Shown: positions 58,213 to 64,000 of the stretch, piece by piece
Layout: each line of letters begins with the position of its first letter
Position numbering within the stretch: position 1 is the stretch's first letter
NCBI GenBank assembly: GCA_016181305.1
Contig: JACOZN010000015.1
Coordinates: 2,205 to 66,204, forward strand
DNA length: 64,000 bases
Source of the DNA: Candidatus Woesearchaeota archaeon
Lineage (GTDB): Archaea > Nanobdellota > Nanobdellia > Woesearchaeales > GW2011-AR4
Direction of reading: 5' to 3'
The notes under the pieces: generated by a model
What the model was told of the DNA's origin: nothing
The model's input: the letters and a program-made list of their open reading frames with translations, nothing else
The model's database searches: none
Position numbers and translations under genes: made by a program

Positions 58213-59094
58213 TTAAACCTTTAATTCCTCCGCGCTTTTTCTTTCAAAATAAATCTCCCTGATGTCATTATAAACCTTTGCCTGCTCTTCCGGATTCAGG
58301 CTGTTGTACAACTTCATTATTTCAATGTAATTCTGCTTTGCAGCCTGCAAGTCAAACTTTGCCAGATACTCCCTTGTTTTGGTTATACTGCTTTGTATTT
58401 TGGAAATACTGTCCGCTTCTGGAATCTCCAGTTGCTTTTCTTCTTTTTGCTCCGGCTTCTCCTCTGTTTTTCCTTTTCCTGCAAATAATCTTCTTAAGAA
58501 TGAAGGTTTTTCCTGCGCTTTTATCTTTTCAATCGCGCTTTTTATCTCATCTTCAGCTTCAATAATCTCTTTCGGCTTTTGTTCCTGCCCGAACTCTGTT
58601 TTTTCGCCTTCAATGCCCAATTCTTCCAGCGGCTCGGGCAGCTCAATCTCTTTTTCCGGCTCTTCAAACTCTTTCGGCAGCCCAAAATCAGGCACTTCAA
58701 GTCCTTCCGGCTCAGCCTTGATTTTTGGTATTGATTCTTTTATTCCCTTTATTGGCGTTATTTTTTTGTCTTCTTTTAATTCTTTTTTCTGAGCTTGCTT
58801 TTTGAGTTTGACTTGCTTTGCCTTTTGTGGTTTTTGCCTTGTTTTCAGCTCTTTCTTCGCTTTTTTCTTGGTTATGGCTGTTTTTGGCTTAATCTTCTCA
58901 TCCAGCTCCTTTACCAGCTCGCCAAACTCCCCCTCTTCCGGGAATTTTGGGATTTCCAATTCCTCGGGCTTCAGCACCTTGTCAAAGAACTTGGGCTCTT
59001 CTTCAGATACTTCCCCAATATCCTGCTGTCGAGGCTCTTGAGAAGGCGGCGGCGGAGGAAGAATCTCTTTAGGCTTTGGCTTGAATAACAGCAT
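58213..59094 (-). CDS. Pro/Glu/Lys-rich protein with a C-terminal helical module
   Basis: LPPPPP, low complexity, AAKQNYIEIMKLYNSL...VYNDIREIY. Confidence 0.65.
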   Translation of the reverse strand: MLLFKPKPKEILPPPPPSQEPRQQDIGEVSEEEPKFFDKVLKPEELEIPKFPEEGEFGELVKELDEKIKPKTAITKKKAKKELKTRQKPQKAKQVKLKKQAQKKELKEDKKITPIKGIKESIPKIKAEPEGLEVPDFGLPKEFEEPEKEIELPEPLEELGIEGEKTEFGQEQKPKEIIEAEDEIKSAIEKIKAQEKPSFLRRLFAGKGKTEEKPEQKEEKQLEIPEADSISKIQSSITKTREYLAKFDLQAAKQNYIEIMKLYNSLNPEEQAKVYNDIREIYFERKSAEELKV

Positions 59095-59245
59095 GGCAAT
59101 ACCTCTTTTTTAGTTTTTATAACCGAACAACAAAGTAGTTAGGTATCATAAATTGTTTGTTGTTGGCTATCTTGCCAACCACAACAAGACCTAATTATCT
59201 TTGTGGTTGGCAATATTTCTATCTGGTTTTAAATACTTTGTTGTT

Positions 59246-59479
59246 TCAGTCAAGGATTTCAATGGTCTTCTCCCTTGATTTCAGCCCATGGACTATCTTC
59301 ACTCTTTTTTTCAGTAATTTTGACAGGAATTTTATGATTTCAGCATTGGCTTTGTTGCCTTCTGGCTTTGCCTTGATGCTGACCCTATATGCCTTTCTGT
59401 TTTCGTCAAAGCCTTCCATTTTGTTTTCTCTGGAATTGGGCTTGGCTATTATTTTGAATTTGCCTGTTTTGATGTCCAT
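59246..59479 (-). CDS. DUF167 / YggU family protein
   Basis: KPNSREN, IKAKPEGNKANAEIIKFL, GLKSREK. Confidence 0.88.
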   Translation of the reverse strand: MDIKTGKFKIIAKPNSRENKMEGFDENRKAYRVSIKAKPEGNKANAEIIKFLSKLLKKRVKIVHGLKSREKTIEILD

Positions 59480-59576
59480 GGTGGCTAAAAATGATGATGA
59501 GGATTAAAAGGTTGCTGTTTTGATATTTAACCACTTTATAATAGTAAAAATAGAAAGGTTTATAAAGGGGGTATTT

Positions 59577-60407
59577 ATGATATCGTATATGGTAAATACT
59601 GACGATGTTGGTTTTGGTGATTTAGAAAATATATTAAGCAGTTTAAGCGGCATAGTCACTATACCAGATAATTTTAGAGTATCAATTAAAGAGCATATCA
59701 CTAAATTAAGGGATAGGGATAACCAACAACAAACAGAGTTAAATTTTTGGAGAGCTTACCCTGCGATTTTCTTGCATGACATTTCAGCGCCGCTTAATAT
59801 CATTGTGGGATACGCTGGAATGATTGGAGTTATAGAAAAGGAGAAACAACCAGCTGTCCTAGAACGCATTAGCGCAGAGGGAGAAAAGATGAAAACATAT
59901 GCCCAAGAGGCTACCTATCTTGCTGAGGTTGTAATTAAAGACAGAATACAAGTGGAAGAGGTAAGTCTAAGCCACATAGCTAAGGAGATTATAAGCGAAC
60001 TGAAAGAACGGGACAAAGGACAAAGGACAAATTTTAGGGTAGCTGATAATGTAACTACTTATGGTGATAGTATTTTACTAAGGTTAATGATGCGTAACTT
60101 GTTAAGCAATGCATATAAATATAGCCAAGAAAATCCTCACCCTATAATAGAATTTGGTACTGAACAGCAAGATGGTAATGTTGTTTATTACGTCAAGGAC
60201 AATGGAATTGGATTTCAGCAATCCGAAGCAAGCGAATTGTTTAAGCCATTTAAAAGAATGGGCAATGCACAAAGTATAAGTGGAAGTGGTGTCGGATTAT
60301 TCATCGTTAATACAATCATAGATAAGCATAAGGGTATTATAACCCCAAAAGGAGAAGTCAACAATGGAGCAACATTCTACTTTACCCTTCCTAAACCTCA
60401 ATCATAA
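59577..60407 (+). CDS. Orphan histidine kinase (HisKA + HATPase_c)
   Basis: LHDISAPL (H box), NLLSNAYKY (N box), DNGIGF (G1), LFKPF (F), GSGVGL (G2). Confidence 0.88.
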   Translation: MISYMVNTDDVGFGDLENILSSLSGIVTIPDNFRVSIKEHITKLRDRDNQQQTELNFWRAYPAIFLHDISAPLNIIVGYAGMIGVIEKEKQPAVLERISAEGEKMKTYAQEATYLAEVVIKDRIQVEEVSLSHIAKEIISELKERDKGQRTNFRVADNVTTYGDSILLRLMMRNLLSNAYKYSQENPHPIIEFGTEQQDGNVVYYVKDNGIGFQQSEASELFKPFKRMGNAQSISGSGVGLFIVNTIIDKHKGIITPKGEVNNGATFYFTLPKPQS

Positions 60408-60715
60408 TCCCTCCAGGTATGCCCGCATTTCTCACACCTTAAGAACTTGGTTTCAGGCTCGTCGCCTGCCCTTGTCTGAACCAGCCAGAAATAGGCTGTT
60501 TTGTGCCCGCACTTTGGACACTCGGCGGTTGTCTTTGGCAATGTCTGAAGCTCGCCTCTGTCAACCACCTCAACATTCTTTGCGCTGCTTGTGACAGTCT
60601 CCTTTATCGTGGCTCCTGCTACCTGAGTTGTCTTATAGCCGCACGAGCATACAAGCATCTTCTTGCTGTCCTCTTTCCTTGGCACCAGTATTGAGCCGCA
60701 CTTTGGGCAAAACAT
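60398..60715 (-). CDS. tfs: Transcription factor S (RpoM/TFS)
   Basis: MFCPKCGS; CPKCGH...QTRAGDEPET...CEKC (acidic DE pair). Confidence 0.92.
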   Translation of the reverse strand: MFCPKCGSILVPRKEDSKKMLVCSCGYKTTQVAGATIKETVTSSAKNVEVVDRGELQTLPKTTAECPKCGHKTAYFWLVQTRAGDEPETKFLRCEKCGHTWRDYD

Positions 60716-60750
60716 CCTAAACAAAGTCCTTAAACAAATCCTATATAAAT

Positions 60751-61398
60751 TTAACCTTTTTGTGTTATTGCCAGAGCCAGCGGCCTGATAATTGGGTTCC
60801 AGAACCATTCAACAGCAAATATCTTGATGTAGCCAAGCAAAGGAACCCTCAAAACGGCATTTCCCACAATCTGCTCCTCGCTTACCCTTGTCTCGTCGAG
60901 AAACTGGTTGTTTATCGGAGTTGGGTTATTATCTCCCTTTGTCTGAAAATAATAGGATTCTTTGTCATGCCATTTCCTAACAACCCTGTGTATTATGGGG
61001 TCTCTTTTGGCGCTCCAGAACACAACAACATCGCCAGTTTTAATGTGCTCCGCCTTCCTGCCCCTCAATACCATTATATCCCCTTTGTTGAACCCATTTT
61101 TAAACCTGAATTCATTGAAATCATCCTTATTTATGCCGTTTTGCTCGTACCATTTGCCGCCTTTGAGCCACCATTCGCCAAAGCCGCTGTTATGCTCCAT
61201 GCTCTCACTCACAACTGCAACAACAGGATGCGATGTCTTAAGCGCAAATCCCAAGCCGGGATATACAATAAACTTAATAAGGACAAAAGCCAGCACGATA
61301 TTGGCAATCCAGCTCCATATGCTGTCATCCTCCCATATAAAATACCAGACCTTTTTCCACGTCCACTCCCAGTTCTTCATAAGCCGCTTTCTTTCCAA
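60751..61398 (-). CDS. sec11: Signal peptidase I (Sec11 type)
   Basis: VVSESMEH, GDIMV, IIHRVV, TKGDNN, IPLLG-like VPLLGY. Confidence 0.88.
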   Translation of the reverse strand: MERKRLMKNWEWTWKKVWYFIWEDDSIWSWIANIVLAFVLIKFIVYPGLGFALKTSHPVVAVVSESMEHNSGFGEWWLKGGKWYEQNGINKDDFNEFRFKNGFNKGDIMVLRGRKAEHIKTGDVVVFWSAKRDPIIHRVVRKWHDKESYYFQTKGDNNPTPINNQFLDETRVSEEQIVGNAVLRVPLLGYIKIFAVEWFWNPIIRPLALAITQKG

Positions 61399-61432
61399 AA
61401 AGAATAAAAAGGTTTGCTTTTTAACATATAGA

Positions 61433-61867
61433 ATGAAACTATCACGCCCGAATTATTACCAGGGAATACTGCAGCTTAGGGATATAAATGAGGAAATAAT
61501 CGGCTTCGTGCAGAACCAGGTTGAAAAAAGAGGTGAGGTTGCCATAACAAAAGCCGTGAAGCTTTCTAATGGTGTTGACTTGTACATCACTTCGCAGAAG
61601 TTTATCAGGATATTGGGGAAAAAACTCAGGGAAAGCTTTGGCGGCGAGCTTAAGATAAGCTCAAAGCTCCATACACGAAACAAGCAGGGAAAGGATTTGT
61701 ACAGGATTAATGCATTATACAGGCCTTCAAAATATAAAAGAGGCGACATCATCCCGGTAAGAGGCGACATGGTCAAGCTGCTTCATGTCGGCAGAAAGAT
61801 ATTTGCAAGGGATTTGAGAACCGGAAAAAAAATCACAATAAGAAGCGCTGACTTACAAAGAGATTAA
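61433..61867 (+). CDS. NMD3-like protein (short form without Zn fingers)
   Basis: YYQGILQLR, GVDLYITSQKF, GKDLYR. Confidence 0.65.
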   Translation: MKLSRPNYYQGILQLRDINEEIIGFVQNQVEKRGEVAITKAVKLSNGVDLYITSQKFIRILGKKLRESFGGELKISSKLHTRNKQGKDLYRINALYRPSKYKRGDIIPVRGDMVKLLHVGRKIFARDLRTGKKITIRSADLQRD

Positions 61868-63031
61868 CTGCCCTTTTTCCTTTTTATAGTCCTCAACTAT
61901 CTTGCCAATCCAGTCTGATTTGCCCTTTTCAGCATCAAGCTGCCTTCTCCCGACAAATCCAAAATACCTGTCTTCGTCGATTTCAAGGTTTTTCGAGTCG
62001 ATAAAAACAAATGGCATGGCGCCCTCAACTTTTTTGCTTACCGGCTTTTTATGCACTATAACAAAAACCTTGTTTCTCAGCAGCTCAATTGTGCTGCTGC
62101 TTGATATGTTCGGATCGCCGACAAGCAGAATGTCATTCCTTCTTATATTGAGAATCTTGTTTTTGAAGCTAAACTCATTTGCCCCCAGATTGTCAAGCTT
62201 TTTAAGCACGTAAAAATTCCCTATGTCTGAGAGTATATGATTGAATTTTATTATCAGGGATTTCAGCTGCTCTGCATCCTTATTTTTTGATATGATTCTG
62301 CCTTCAAGCGCCTTAATCCTTTTGTCGGCAAAATCCAGCCTTTTATCGGAATTTTCCGGCTCTTTAGAATTGTATTTAACACTATTCTTTTCCAGCAGTC
62401 TTATCTTGTTTCTTAGGCTGTTGTTGTAGTTCCTGACAAGCCTGATATCAGTTTCATACTTCTTCAGCTTTTTGTGCAATTTCAGGAAGTCATTTTCGCT
62501 TAGTTTTCTCTCAACAATAACCCTTTCCATTACCTTGTCTTCTTCCTCCTTTTTATCCAGAATGCTGACTGCGCCTCTTATGCTCACACCCTTTGCGATC
62601 ACAATCTGCTTTATGCCATTCACTATGTCCTGCCTTTTGTTCTCCCTTGCAAAAGCATCAATCTTGTCAAGCAAAGCCCTTGCTGACCTGTAAGCAAACA
62701 ATGCAGATGCCAATGCATCTCCCTGGTGCTCATCTGAAAAGCTGAAATTTTTTGTAATTTCTTTTTTGTCTATAACCTTCAGGTCCTCTTCAGGGCTTAT
62801 GACTTTTGCTCCGAGCTTTGTTGCAAACGCCTCAACCATGCCTGGCGCTTTTGCCTTGTCGGTGCCAACCAAAACAGCCTTGCCGAAGCTTATTGTCTTT
62901 GAAATAAGCTGGTTTAGGTCAAGATGCTTCGAAGAATTCACATAAAGCAAATTGCCTTCAATGTCAAGAACCGCATAGCCTGTGGTTGTGCCCGGGTCAA
63001 TGCCTACAATGAGGGGTTTTTTGCCATTCAT
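61853..63031 (-). CDS. DUF460 domain protein (RNase H-like fold + coiled coil)
   Basis: IVGIDPGTTTGYAVLD, HQGDALASA. Confidence 0.85.
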   Translation of the reverse strand: MNGKKPLIVGIDPGTTTGYAVLDIEGNLLYVNSSKHLDLNQLISKTISFGKAVLVGTDKAKAPGMVEAFATKLGAKVISPEEDLKVIDKKEITKNFSFSDEHQGDALASALFAYRSARALLDKIDAFARENKRQDIVNGIKQIVIAKGVSIRGAVSILDKKEEEDKVMERVIVERKLSENDFLKLHKKLKKYETDIRLVRNYNNSLRNKIRLLEKNSVKYNSKEPENSDKRLDFADKRIKALEGRIISKNKDAEQLKSLIIKFNHILSDIGNFYVLKKLDNLGANEFSFKNKILNIRRNDILLVGDPNISSSSTIELLRNKVFVIVHKKPVSKKVEGAMPFVFIDSKNLEIDEDRYFGFVGRRQLDAEKGKSDWIGKIVEDYKKEKGQLISL

Positions 63032-63105
63032 TTATTCAGTAGCGGGAATTCCACATTTAAAAAGTTTTGCAAAGCTTTATAAGCAAAATTACTCTACTGA
63101 AATGT

Positions 63106-63950
<845 letters not shown>

Positions 63951-63951
63951 A

Positions 63952-64000
63952 ATGACAGAAAAGCTTGGCATGGTTGTCTCAACTTTCAACTACGAGATAA
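63952..64000 (+). CDS. ribH: Lumazine synthase, N-terminus only (window edge)
   Basis: MTEKLGMVVSTFNYEI directly after ribC. Confidence 0.65.
   Translation, partial: MTEKLGMVVSTFNYEI

Overview
This is a gene-dense archaeal chromosome segment, most likely DPANN (Woesearchaeota-like). The assignment rests on a fused PriS-PriL primase, Hjc, Hef, PCNA, RadB, aMBF1, EndA, Taw1, TFS and archaeal RibK/RibC. The left end carries a biotin/acyl-CoA carboxylase cluster next to fabZ, a thiolase and a DUF35-like gene. The accessory hotspot is 21.1-30.4 kb and holds the two main discoveries. (1) An 8.2-kb AT-rich defence island (dual PD-(D/E)xK nuclease, RHH, type III-like Mod/Res, ParB-like, nuclease-TIR-like fusion) has no integrase. 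It is bounded by inverted ends made of seven conserved sequence blocks, separated by different hairpin modules in each copy. (2) A 5S rRNA gene contains a 27-nt insert that folds as a bulge-helix-bulge (BHB) intron, whose canonical cleavage restores the conserved CGGA|AGTTAAG motif. It is followed by a free-standing LAGLIDADG endonuclease and an orphan second 5S 3' half that starts exactly at the intron junction. This looks like a 967-bp homing cassette that carries its own replacement 3' exon. There is also an intron-containing tRNA-Leu(CAA) with a structured leader, and a 3'-truncated tRNA-Gly(CCC). Several genes show deletion-type breaks that may be assembly artefacts. All calls come from reading motifs and base-pairing by eye; no database search was run.
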